DNA from: Mobula hypostoma
Lineage: Eukaryota
Length of the DNA stretch: 64,000 nucleotides
Assembly: GCF_963921235.1 (NCBI RefSeq)
Contig: NC_086109.1
Span: 16,308,001-16,372,000 of the forward strand
Direction: 5' to 3'
The notes beneath the pieces were generated by a model that was not told the origin of the DNA, did no database searches, and was given only the letters and a program-made list of their open reading frames with translations. Position 1 is the first letter of the stretch. Every line of letters starts with the position of its first letter. Positions 51,029 to 64,000 of this stretch are shown one piece after another. The translations under genes were made by a program, and so were the position numbers.

Positions 51029-53906
51029 GACATATGAGATTCATTTTCTTGCAGGCATTCACAGTAGAACAAAGACAAAGAAATATAATTGAACCATTCA
51101 CAGTAAAACAAGAAATACAATAAAATTACTAGACTAACAATAGAACAAGGGAAAAACAACAACAGAGTGAGTGCAGGATGTAGTGTTATATGTATTTAAA
51201 GAGAGTACAACACAGTTAGACAAGGTGCAAAGGTCATGCTGAGGTAGATTGCGAAGTTAGAAGAGGTGATCTTTAATGTACAAGAAGTATATTTAAGAAT
51301 CTTATAAAAACAGGTCAGGAGTCATCATCGGACTTGGTGGTTCACGTTTTCGATCTTGATGGAAGAGAAGAGAAGAGAGAATGTCCAGGAGGGGATTCGC
51401 TTCTTTTCTGAGGCAACGAGAAATTTAGACAGTGACCTTGGAGGGGAGGCTGGTTTTTGAGATGGACTGAGCTGTGCCCACAACTTTCTCTGCAAGTTCT
51501 TGTTGTCTTGCGATCACACTCATCAAAAACATCCTCAGCCTCCGTTCGATTCCTCTTCCCCATTCAGGATCCATCGGCATAGTGTTTGGCACAGACATCA
51601 TGGGTCAGAGGGCCTGTTCCTTTAAACTGTTCAACGTTCGAAAGGGACATCACTGAGACAGTGTTCGTAGGCGAAGATCATCTTTAAGTAGTCTTAAAGC
51701 GATGTTAATGGGTTTTCAGGCTCTTAGCAGAGGAGCATGAATAAACTACCAGAGATTTATCTGTCCTGTAAAACTGATCCTTGCAGCTGACAGATTATTT
51801 GGCTCTGGGTCTTGTTTTAATTGGGTTTTGAATCCACTGCTTGTCAAGTCAGATTTGATCCTAGCCACTGTTAGGGTCAGTCTGCAGTAATTAGGCACGG
51901 GGGCTCAATTTACTCAGGAAATGTTAGCACAGTAATGAAATCAGCATCTGGGATTTGGTCTTTCAGATAATAAATTTAGTTGTGCATGACGAGCTGGGAG
52001 GGAAGTGATTGGCATCACATATCATTGTTGACATTGAAGGCAATGTGACTTTTTAAGATTAGGAGTCCAAATTTTATGTGGTACTTGATGTCAGAGGAAG
52101 GAGGGTGGGTGTTGAACTTAACCCACAGCCAGCGCATACTGGCATGCTGACTACACCAGTTTCCTCCCACCTCGACAGCTTCATTAGCATATCCTTCAAT
52201 TCCTTTTATTCAGTCAGAGAGAAGTACAGCACAGAAACATGCCCATCAGCCCAGTCAGCCCGTCTAGTCTGTGCTGACCCATTTAAACTGGCTACTCCCA
52301 TCATAACGGAATTAACGGGTATGCTACATTCATTAGCATATCGTTTAATTACTTGTACTCACATGTTTCATTTTACAAGTGCCTGAATCAGCCTCTGCTC
52401 TTGCAAATGGCACTCGATATTAACATTGACGGTTGCACATTGGTGCAGGACTGATGCATGGAACATGGTTTGATTCCCGGCCAGTGCATCTTTTTCGGTG
52501 TACTTGTGCTTGGCGATGTACCTGTTTTTGGAATGATACTTGTGGCGTGCGAGCCCGTGTTTCTTCACTTATCTCAATAATAAACCAATTGCCAATAACA
52601 CCGTGGTGCCCTGAAGGAGCCACATTGTCAGTTTGTCCAACAGGTGATAGATGTCTTCCAATTACCCTAAAGTTACAGATGACCAAAGGTTAGCTTTATT
52701 GGTCACATGTGCACATTGAAACATGTTGAAGTGTGTCAGCTAGCGACACAGAGTGAGGATGTACCAGGAGCAGCCCACAAGTGTCATCAACATGGCATGC
52801 CTGCAGTTTACTAACCCTAACCCCTAGGTGTTCGGAACGTAAGAGGAAGCCAAAGCATCTGGAGGAAACCCACATGGTCACAGGGGGATATACAAAGTCC
52901 TTATAGACACTGGCGGAATTGAAGCTGGGATGCTAGCTCTGTAATAACGTCACGCTAACTGCTATGCTGCTGTGCTGCTCCACGGTAGAGAACTCAAATC
53001 TCATTTAATGGCCTGGCAGTCTTGAGTAGCTAAATGTTTGATCTGAGTCTTCCTTCTCCTAGGACAGATGCTTGGTATGTTATGTGTGTGTGCTTATCTG
53101 TTGCAGGCTTGAATGTTGACTGTGCTGCCCACTGTTCACTGCAGTAAAATAAAATGCACCAATTTCCCTGCTGAAATCTCACCCAGTCCCATTCATGACA
53201 CACGTTTCAGACCACATTCGAAAGACAAAGTAAGACACGTTCTGATAAATGGTGTGGCACAAGATCAATAAATTGCTTTTAGCTCCTCCCTTCCACCCTG
53301 GATCCAAGATCCACTCCATGTGCTTAACCCCATCTCAGCTAGCTTTCAAAAATCATAGTCATCACAGAGAAATGGGCCCTTTGGCTCACTGTATCCATGC
53401 AGGCCCAAGTTCAAGCTTGAGTTCATTGTCAAGGGCATACACGCTCCGAGTATAAGTGCCACAAAAACTTGCTTTTTGCAGCGGCAGCACTTTGTAAAGT
53501 CATGGAATGCTACAGCACAGAAATAGGCCCTTCGGCCCATTCAGTCCATGCCAACCCAACCTCACGCATTGTCCCAGCTACCTGCAGCCTCACCATAGCC
53601 TTCCAACCCCTCCCCATCTATATAGCTATCCAAATGTCTCTTAAAAAGTTACAAATGAACCCGTATCTACCATTTCTGCTGGCAGTTTAGTCCACCTTCA
53701 CTATGCTCTTGAATGAAAAAGATATCCCTCAGGTTTTTCTTAAATATTTTACCTTTCACCCTAACCCTACAACTTCGAGTTCTAGTTTCACTCAACCAAG
53801 GGGAAAGTGCCTGCATGCATTCTCCTTACCTATACCCCTCATAATTTTCTATACCTGTAAAAGGTCTCCCCACATTCTCCTGTGCTCCAGGGAATAAACT
53901 CCTAAC

Positions 53907-54349
53907 ATGGGTGATGCCAGCAGGTTCAATAAACTGATTAGAAAGGCTGGCTCTGTTATTGGAGTCAAACTAGACACACTGGAGGCTGTGGTAGAACAAA
54001 GGACCAGATGGAAAATCCCGGCAATTCTGGACAATGTGTCTCACCTTCTGCATGCCACCTTGGCAAAAAAGAGGAGCACTTTTAGTAATAGACTAAGACA
54101 ACGTCGCTGCTCCAAAGAGCCCTATATGAGGTCATTCTTACCCTCAGCCATTAGGCTCTATAATGAGTCAACCTATTGTTGGGGAAGTGATGACCCCCCC
54201 CCCCCCCCGGTCAGATTGTTTGTGGTAACTTATTTTTTATTCTTTCTACTTCTCTTCTAATATTTATATCTGTGCACTTGTAATGCTACTGTGACACTGT
54301 AATTTCCCTTGGGATCAATATAGTATCCATCTATCTATCTGTCTATCTA
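53907..54349 (+). mobile_element. Rex1/Babar 3' end nested in a minus-strand CR1 fragment
   Basis: NKLIRKAGSVIG...SFLPSAIRLYN followed by an (ATCT)n tail. Confidence 0.8.
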
Positions 54350-55550
54350 GCCTATTCAACATTTTCCCTTTACCTCAAGTCCTCAGGTCTGGACAACATA
54401 CTTATAATTTCCTCCGCATACTTTCAAGCTTATTGACAACTTTCCTGTAGATAGACGATCAGAACAATACTCTAAATTTAGCTTCACTGGAGTCTTTTGC
54501 AACTTTAACATAATATTCCAACTCCTGTGCTCAGTCCCCTGAATTATGAAGGCCAATGTGCTAAAAGCTCTTCTTAGTACCCTATATTGCCAACATAAAT
54601 TACATAAACTTAAATTAACAAATCACGCATAATTTGCAAAACAAAATAAACGAAATAGGCTTAATGAGATTAGTGTATCAGGTCCTCAAGTACCCATCTA
54701 AACTAATCCCTCTTTCAGTAATTCAGCCAGTATGCAGGGTGATGCAAGGCTTCTTCCTGAACCATCAACAATTCCTTTTCCCCTACACACCCCCACACTC
54801 CCCCCGCAGATGCTGTTGAATTTGCTGAGGTCAGCAGATTGTGGCTTCAGCCTGTATCCTTCTCTGCCCCGGGGTGATGCAAGTGCTCTTCATCTGTGGA
54901 CTAATTAAATGGCTTGGGAATTAGTGTCTCCACCACCCCATCAGGCAGTGTGTTTGAGATTACAGCCATCCTCTGAATGGGAAAAATAATCCTTCCTCTG
55001 ATTTTTAAATCTTTTATCCCTTGTCTTAAACCTATGTCCACTGGTTGTAGGTACCCCTGCTGAAGGTAAGATTTTCTCACTTTCTATCCTATTTTTCCCC
55101 TTAAACTGAGCCTATCCAGTTTCACTTTATAATGAAAATGCCTCACCCTGGACAATGACAAAGCACCTCTGAACCCTCTTCTACCCAACCGCATCCTTCC
55201 TAAAGTGGGATGATCAGAGTTGCACACAGTACTCCAGCTGTGGTCTAACTGTGTGTTATATCATTGTACTATAATCTCCTTGCTCTTATCTTCTTACCCT
55301 GGCAAATAAAATTACCCCCATGCTTTTTTTTTAATTAGCCAGTTTACATACTTGCACTACTTTTACTCATCCTTGGACTAGAGTCATGATCCATAGCCAT
55401 CTTGTCTGAATGGTTCATAAATGCCATGCGACCACCTGCTCCCACTACTTCTTCAGGCAGTATAATCTAGACTCCAACCAGCTGTCCTCCTCAGATATCC
55501 CCCGAATTTCCAACTTCTCACCTTCTCACCAACCAGTCTGAGTGTCATGG

Positions 55551-55954
55551 TGTAAGTTGGCGATGTTGGAACCCAGGTGTGGAGGAAAGGCAGACTCCAA
55601 TGGAGAGATGGTGACCAGAGTTTATTCATAACAATTCCAATAAAATATTGGTAGCTCAGCCGAGCGCCATCACGAGACGTTAACATTCCCAAAACTAGGA
55701 CCCTGTGATTAACACTAATTGGGAGTCTGCTTAAATAATACAAGTAACATGGAATTCCTGAGCCTATCAAAATAAATTTAACAAGTTTAAGCTGAAAGCA
55801 ACCAGGAGTCCGCATTACAAAAAGCAGGTCATTCAAGGAAAACACAAGGAACTCTAAACGATTAATAACTCTTATTAAACAACAATTAACTTATTCAGGT
55901 GCTCTGAAGACCTTGAAGCCCAGTACTCTCCAGCGCCCCACACAGGCCCTTACA
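55551..55954 (-). mobile_element. Probable solo LTR
   Basis: TGTAAG...CTTACA inverted termini; AATAAA on minus at about 55621; no clean TSD. Confidence 0.5.
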
Positions 55955-58170
55955 CTCATTACACTTAGACACTGCCACTCTGAGTTTTGCTAGCAGACCT
56001 TGTACATTGACACCCAGTCATTTAATGGTTATTACAGACACCCAGGGTCCCAGCACTAATCCTTGAGTTCAATGCTGGTCATAGATCTCCAGATAGAAAA
56101 GCCACCCTCTGCTTCAGTTTCTAACCCAATTTGTCAGTGTGCCTTGGATCTCATCAGCTTTAACCTTGTGGACAAGCCTTCCAGGTGAGGTGTTTGCAAA
56201 TGCCTTACCAAAGTCAACATTTATCACACTCCCCTGATCAATTTGTTTTAGTGCCTCCTCAATCAAAATGCTGAGACAAGATTTCCCAATGAACTGTGCT
56301 ATGTCTAATCAAACCCTCCACCTCCAAGTGAAGATAAATCCTTTCTCTTAGAATTGTTTCCAGCATTTCCCATCCACTGATGTACAATTCATTGGCTTGC
56401 ATTTACCTAGCTTATCCCTGCTTCCTTTCATGAATAATGGTGCCTGTGCTATCCTACAGTCATCCAGTACTTCACCCCTGGTTAATGAAGGTGTCTGAAA
56501 TCTCATTTTGTGCATCCCAGAGTGGCATGGGGCTACATCTCATGTACACCTATATCCTTCTGTTCCTCTGGGTCCCATCATTAATTGTTCATATCTTAGC
56601 CTTGTCGGTCCTTCAGGATGTTGAACCTCAGATTGTTCAGGATTGAATTCCATCTGCCATCTCTCTGCTCATCTTCCCAACTCATCAATATTGCTCTGCA
56701 GTCAGAGATTGTCCTCATCGCTATCAACAATGGCATTAACTGTTGTGTCTAGGGGGTGCTGCGGACCTTGAGCTCTCTGGTTTTTGTTTGAGACAATTCA
56801 ATTGAAACCTTGTCTGCCTTTGCAGAAAATCCCTAGCGTCATTTTGAATAAGAACTATGGAGTTCCCAGTCAATGTTCCCATATTTGTCCCTGAACTAAT
56901 ATTATTAAGAGAAAAACTGATGGGATACCAGTTGGCATGGTGATTTCTCTAAATTATTTGAGGGAATACACTTTGTAAAAGAACTTCTAAAAAACCTCTG
57001 AATTAGGAGTGTAAATGGGCTATTCAGTCCCTCATCTAATCTGCCATTGAGTAAAGATCATGGGTTAATTGATCATGACATCAACCCTGTGTTCCAATCT
57101 AACTGCAGTAATCTTTCACCCCTTTGCCTATCAAGTATCTACCTATCAGTACCTCAAAAAGACTCGACTTACATTGCCCTTTGAGGAGACAGTTCCAAAG
57201 ACTCTCAACCCTCCAAAAGAAATGAAATCCTCTCACCTCTGTCTTAAATGGGCAGCTCTTTTTTTCAAATGTGGACTCCTTGCTCTACATTCTTCCACGA
57301 AGCAACATCTTTTCCACATCCCCTGTCAAGTTCTCTCAGGATCTTGACTTTGTTGATTGTCTTGAGGTCACAAAAGGTGCAAAAGAAATGGAATTTTTCT
57401 GTGAAGGGTAGTTGGAATTGCATTGAGCAAACAATATATGACTGTGGAGATGGTTTCACCTTTTACCATTGCCTAGCGTGCAGTGATACAGTGGGTGGAC
57501 TATTGTCCCTTGGCCACTTTCAGGAGGCTCTAGTACTTGGCAATGCAGTCCATTCGTGTTCCTTTCCACCTTACCCTTGACCACCCTCCTTCGCAACTAC
57601 TCCACCCCACAATAATTTCTCCCCTTCTCTGCTCGATGCTACATCATCTGCTTTCTCATCCCCACCGTGCAAAGGGAACCAGGCATAGCATTCAAGTAGC
57701 AGCCTGGCCCAGGTCCACGACTATCTGTTGAATGAGATGAAGCACCTTGGAATGTCTGCCCTGATTGAAATTTAATCTTGTTTGATGAGCGGTACCATTG
57801 AAATGGATGCTGCCCAGTTTGCAAACTGGTGACCTAATTTCCTGGGGTATTGAATGTAATTTCCTGTACGTCATCACCTGGATCTCTGCAGCAGCACTTC
57901 GGTGAGAACTTTGCTCAGTCGGGTTTAGTCACCTGATTCATGCCGTTATGTTTCTTGGTGCCGACTAAGCATCCCTTCCTCATTCTACATTTCTGGCTGT
58001 GTCCGTGAGCTTCTAATCCAATTTCCTTTTCTGATTCTCTGTTCTTTATTTTCTTCTCTATTTTCCTCATCTTTTCAGTGTCTTTGTCTCTTTCAATTTT
58101 ACATTTCTCCATTTTGTGTCTGTACTTGTTCTCCATCTGACATTTTTCTCTTTTTTTCGTGTGTGTGTGT

Positions 58171-59892
58171 GGCACTGACAATATCCCTGCTGAGTTACTG
58201 AAGAATGGAGGGTACAGGTGTATGCGCACCCTCTGCCAGTACATCACCAAGGCCTGGACTGATGAGAACATCCCACAGCAATGGAGAAATGCAAACATTG
58301 TTGTCATTTATAAGAACAAGGGTGACAAGGCCATCTGCGGCAATAGTAGGGACATATCTCTCCTTTCTGTTGCTGGAAAGGTCCTGGCTAAGGTGATGCT
58401 TCAGAGACTCATCAGCAACATCACCGAGCCAATGCTGCCTGAATCGCAGTGTGGATTTAGGAAGAACAGGAGCATGATCGACATGATTGTCACAGCCCGG
58501 CAGCTTCAGGAAAAGTGCCGGGAGCAACATCAGGACCTGTTTATGGCCTTTGTTGACTTCTCCAAAGCATTCGACACTGTGCAAAGAGAGCTCTTATGGG
58601 ATGTCCTCCTCAGGTTTGGCTGTCCCAATAAATTTGTTAACATCCTCCGCCAGTTCCACGATGGGATGACTGCTCGGGTAATCATAGGAGGACTAGAGTC
58701 CGAGCCCTTCCTTGTATGCACAGGCGTGAGGCAGGGGTGTGTGCTAGCGCCAGTGCTCTTTAACATCTTCCTCTTGTGTGTTACCAAGCTTCTCCACAAC
58801 GAGATTGAAGACAGCAGCGGTGTGGCAGTGGACGTCAGATTAGATGGCAACCTCTTTGACATCAGGAGGCTCCACGCAACCACCAAACTCCGTAGAGAGT
58901 GGGTCCTAGAGCTGCAGTATGCAGACGACTGTGCTCTTGTGGCCCATACTCCGGAGGATCTTCAGACTGTCCTTGCTGTGGCGGTGAGAGCGTACAGCAG
59001 GATGGGGCTGACTGTCAATACCACCAAGACAGAAGAGGTTTGCCAATGGAGTACCAGTGTCCCACCCACTCTACCTGCCTTCACCATTGGTGATGAAAAG
59101 CTGTCAGTAGTGCCATCTTTCAAATATCTGGGGAGCATTCTCTCTGAGGATAGTGGCATTGACAACGACATCCAGGCCACATTAAACAGGCATCAGCTGC
59201 CTTTGGGAAACTTCAGCGTAGAGCCTTTCAGAACAGGAGCCTTCATCCCTCCACAAAGGTCGCCATATACCAAGCGGTCTGTGTCACCGCCCTCCTTTAT
59301 AGCTGTGAAGCTTGGGTAAACTACAGCCGTCACATCAAGTCCTTGGAGCACTTCCACATAAGCTGCCTCCAGCGCATCCTGGGAATTACCAAGTGCCTCA
59401 CACTGAAATACTTGTAAAGACCAACTGCAGGAGTATTGAGGCCATGATCACCCAGCGTCAGCTGCAATGGCTGGGGCACGTGATAAGGATGCCCCCATGC
59501 CAGCTACCCCGCAGAGTGTTATACGGCCAGCTACATCATGGTCGACGCTCAGCTGGAGGGCCGAAGAAGCACTATAAGGATCAGATGAAGAATGCTTTAA
59601 GGAAGTGCAAGATCAGACCTGAGGACCTGGGGGATGTTGCTGCTGACCGTATCACTTGGCGACAGCTGTGTAGGGACAGGGTTCGTATTCTGGAGATGGA
59701 AAGAACAACCAGAAGACAGCAGGAGAGAGCCAGGAGAAATGCAGCCATGGTTGCCACCACTACTACATATACATGTCCCACCTGCAATAGAGGTTGTGGG
59801 TCCAGGATAGGACTGTATAGTCATCAAAGATCTCACCGTTAAAGGAGTGGACGTCGTCATCGGATTTCGATGGACAACCGAAGAAGAAGAAG

Positions 59893-59893
<1 letters not shown>
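58171..59893 (+). mobile_element. 5'-truncated RTE-clade LINE
   Basis: PESQCGFR, FVDFSKAFD, GVRQGC, LQYADD, FKYLGS; C-terminal CPTCNRGCGSRIGLYSHQRSH finger; (GAA)n tail; frameshifts near 59175 and 59385; (TG)n on both flanks. Confidence 0.93.
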
Positions 59894-59926
<33 letters not shown>

Positions 59927-62439
59927 CTGTTTCTGTTTATCTGCCTATGCCCCGGTTGTGTGTTTATCCATTTCTGTCCTGTGCTCATGGGTATGTCTGT
60001 GCGTATACACCACACGTGTAAGCTCCTCCTTCATCTGTGTTGGATCTCTCGAGCCATCTTCTCCTTGCACTTCTTAGTCGTAATATACTTGGAAAAGACC
60101 ATTGAGGGATATAGGTCAAATGCAGGCAAATTAGACGAGCGTGGGCACCAAAGTTGGCATGGTGAGTTGAGCTGAAAGGCCTATTTCCATGCTGTATTAG
60201 TCAATCACTCTCCTGCTTATCTCTGTATCTATCTTTCTGACCATCTGAAAGTGCCCACTTCCTAGTTTCATCTGACTGTTTTTTCCTTCACTCTTTATTT
60301 TCTACCCCTTCACGGGGGTGGGCAGAATTTGAGAATACAGAAGTGTGTGAGGAAGCATCAACAAGCATTTGTTTAGTTGTTAACTAGCCATTAATTATTA
60401 GCTTGCTGTGAAAGGGAGCACTGGTGGATGCCATGGTAAATATATAATATAGAACATAGAACAGTCCAGGCCTTTTGACCCACGATGTTGTGCCAACCTT
60501 TAAACTTACTGTAAAATCAATTTAACTCTTCCCTCCCATTTTTTTCCATTCATACCCCTATCTAAGAGTCTCTTAAACGTTCCTAATGTATCTATCTCTA
60601 CCAGTAGCCCTGGCAACGTGTTCCACACTCTGTATTAAAAAAATACCTTGCATATCACCCCTATACTTTTCTCTAATCACCTTAAAATCATGCCCTCACG
60701 TTCGCCATTTCCATCCTGGGAAAAAATCTCGATCATCTTATAAACTTCCAAAGACCTCCAAAGAAGTCACCTCTCATCCTCATTTGCTATAAAGAAGAAA
60801 ACCCTCACTCACTCAACCTATCCTCATAAGACATGCTTTCTAATCCAGGCAGTATCCTGATAAATCTCCTCTGCACCCTTTCCAAAGCTTCCACATCCTT
60901 CCTCTAATGATGTTACCAGAAATGAACAGAATACTCTAAGTGTGCGCTAACAAGGGTTTTAAAGAGCTGCCACAAGAACCATGTGACTTTTGAGCTCAAT
61001 TCCCTGTGTAATGAGGGCCAGCACACCATATGCCTTCTTGATCATTGTATCAACTTGCACGGCAGGTTTAAGGGATCAACGGATGTGGATCCTACAATCC
61101 CTCTGTTCCTTCACACTGCTAAAAATCCTCCATTAACCCCGTATCATGCCTTCAAGTTTTACCTTTCAAAAGTGTAACACTTCACACTTTACTGGATTAA
61201 ACACCATCTGCCACTTCTCAGCCCAGCTCTGCATTCTATCAATGTCCAGCTGTAACCTATGCACTACCACAAACCTTCTGCACTATCCACAACTGCACAA
61301 CCTAATGAACGAGTACATCTGCTTGCATTCTTTGGGCAAGGCATTGAGTGTAAACATTGGGAAATTATGCTGCAGCTGTATAAAGCTTGAGCTAGGCCAC
61401 ATTTAGATTTTTGATCAATTTGCACAGTACAGGAAAGATGTGGTAAGTAGGCTAATTGGTTCTTGTAAATTGTCCTGTGATTTGGCTATGACTAAATCAG
61501 GAGTTGGTGGGCAGTGTGCCTCGAAGGCTGGGAAGGGCCTAATCTGTATCTCAATAAATAAAATATTAGATTTTGTTAGCTGGAGAAAGCAAGACAGATA
61601 AGGCAAAGGATTATGGGATTTTGCAGTGCAGTGTTTGGTTTTCATTACCATGGTAATGATGGTCCATTTGCTGTAAAAAAAAATTTTGATGTCAAGTTAG
61701 ATGCTACATCTTTTTTGTTGTCCTTGGACACGGTGAAGCTTGGAAAGGATATATATTAGTGGCATAAAGCTTGAACACAAGAGGGCAGCTTGGCACCAAA
61801 TGCAAACTAGATCATCTGACACCAACATGCGTTTCCTCTGGCAGGGGTTGGAGGCAGGAAATAGATGAATTTTTCTTTCAAGCCACCTCCAAGCACCTCA
61901 AGTGTTAATGCCTAATCAGCTCACCAGCAAAGACAGAAAAGGCACCAATAATCTTTACCTATTGCTCGAAGATCACGTATCCTTGCAGGATTTTTCAGTC
62001 ATCAATCAGATTGCGTTCCTTACTTGTTTGGAAAGGGAATGCATAAAGGTTCATCAAGTATATCAATATGCCATAAAAGACAGTGAACTTTGAACTAAAA
62101 ATTCCAATATGTTTACACCAGCAGTAGTGGTGAGGGGCCATTAAATTACTGTGCTATTAGCTGTGACTGCCAATCACAGTTTCTGCTGTCAGTGAGCCAA
62201 GAGATAGTTGCTATTTGATGGAAACATCTACAGTCTGCTCTGACTTGAATCGACTGTTTGGATCTTCCTTTGCCACACTAATTTCCATTTCTCGCAGCAG
62301 TGTTTGCCGCCTTTGTTTTCTATTTTAATTGAATCAACTAAGAAGTTGGTTATCTGGGAGAATCCACTTACCCTTGATTCTACCTGTCAAATGCCAAATA
62401 TTTTAATGCCAAGCACTAAAATGCAAAACGTTTTAAATC

Positions 62440-62935
62440 TGATTTCCATTCCAGTTCCAACATGTTGGTCCATGGCCTCCCCTTGTGCCAAGATGAGGCC
62501 ACCCTCAGGGTGGAGGAGCAACAGTTTATATTCCATCTGGGTAGCCTCCAACCTGATGGCATGAATATTGATTACTCTTTGCAGTAAAAAAAAATCCCTC
62601 TCTCTTTCCTCATCTTCTATTTCCACTCTGGCCTTTTACCTCTTTTCACCCACCTGTCACTTCCCCCCGGGTCCTCTTCTCCTTCCCTTTCTCCTATGGT
62701 CCACTCTCCTCTCCTATCAGATTTCTTTCTCTCTGGCCTTTTATCTTCCTTCTCCACCTGGCTTCACCTATCACCTTCCAGCCAGTCTTCTTTCCTTCCC
62801 TTCACCTTTTTATTCTGGCTTCCTTCCCCCTTCCTTTTCAGTCCTGAAGAAAGGTCTCAGTCCTAAATCTTGACTGTCTATTCACTTCCTGAGATGCTGC
62901 CTACCCTGTCGAGTTCCTCCAGTATCGTGTGTGTG
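62440..62935 (+). mobile_element. Older Penelope-like 3' fragment
   Basis: CQDEATLRVEEQQFIFHLGSLQPDGMNID segment plus degenerate tail. Confidence 0.8.
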
Positions 62936-63391
62936 TACTTGTACACCCTATAGGCAGTTTAGCGACTCCAACTGACTTACTAACCTTCATCTCCGTGAGC
63001 TACAAGAGGAAACTGGCACAGGTGAGGGAGATCTACACAGTCACGAGGAGGAAGTGTAAAACCCGCAGCAGTTCCAGAGGCCAGGACTGAACCTGGCTCA
63101 CTGCCTCACCCTATTAATTGTGCCACCATGCCGATATCTTCTTTATTGATCATTGGTAACCTGCTGAGTTTTTCTGAGTATCTCACAGTTCATAGTCGCC
63201 AATGTTGGTAGCATCTCATTACTTTACATGAATGTAATTAATTTAATTCATTTTACATTTTCTTGTCAGGATTTAAACTCTTACTGAATAAAGGTCTCTG
63301 CTGATCCAGTAAAGCACTGGAGTAAATTTTTATGCTAACAGTCCAACTCAGGAAGTGGAGATTTTGGGGGAAACTTAACCCCAGTATCTCT

Positions 63392-63560
63392 CGCGAACAC
63401 GAGGAAATCTGCAGATGCTGGAATTTCAAGCAACACACATAAAAGTTGCCGGTGAACGCAGCAGCCCAGGCAGCATCTCTAGGAAGAGGTACAGTCAAAA
63501 GCCTCTTCCTAGAGATGCTGCCTGGCCTGCTGCGTTCACCGGCAACTTTTATGTGTGTTG
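63392..63560. mobile_element. Fold-back Penelope-tail insertion with 13-bp TSD
   Basis: 59-bp inverted arms (63431-63489 and 63502-63560, one mismatch); ccccagtatctct at 63379-63391 and 63561-63573. Confidence 0.92.
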
Positions 63561-63791
63561 CCCCAGTATCTCTGAGTGTTTGTTATTACGAACAAGTTTC
63601 TTGCTGATGGGTGACAATGACAACAGAAGAAACTTTGGAGACATCCTGAAGATGGGCACATTGTTATACAAAGTACATGGGAGGTCCTTAACTTCCTGGT
63701 TCATGCTAACTGAGGGCTTAGGGTCCAAACTGCTGTACGTCGTCACCTCTCAGGCAACCCTCCAAAGGAGACACAAGCAGTGAATAGATCT

Positions 63792-64000
63792 AAGTTGCTG
63801 GTGAACGCAGCAGGCCAGGCAGCATCTATAGGAAGAAGTGCAGTCGACGTTTCAGGCCGAGACCCTTCGTCAGGACTAACTGAAGGAAGAGTGAGTAAGG
63901 GATTTGAAAGCTGGAGGGGGAGGGGGAGATGCAAAATGATAGGAGAAGACAGGAGGGGGAGGGATAGAGCCGAGAGCTGGACAGGTGATAGGCAGAAGGG
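63792..64000 (-). mobile_element. Penelope-like 3' repeat running off the window end, with hammerhead at 63841-63878
   Basis: Near-identical to 45367-45575. Confidence 0.9.

Overview
Repeat-dominated vertebrate genomic DNA, not prokaryotic. The repeat mix (CR1, Rex1/Babar, L2 and RTE LINEs, Penelope-like elements, tRNA-derived SINEs, Tc1 elements, Gypsy LTRs) suggests a cartilaginous fish; this is inference. I could not identify any host protein-coding gene. A CpG island at ~8.2-8.8 kb carries splice signals on both strands, and a few weak candidate exons lie downstream. The most notable system is a Penelope-like (RT + GIY-YIG) family whose 3' repeat contains a minimal type-I hammerhead ribozyme with a palindromic ACGU stem III. 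It occurs as a young 5'-truncated copy with an open 453-codon frame and a 16-bp TSD (45358-47102), as many short fragments, as fold-back hairpin insertions (cleanest at 63392-63560), and as a 370-bp-period, terminally redundant single-ribozyme mini-element (43162-43611) resembling a retrozyme or circular-RNA product. Family assignments come from motif recognition by eye, with no database searches, and boundaries of degenerate repeats are approximate.
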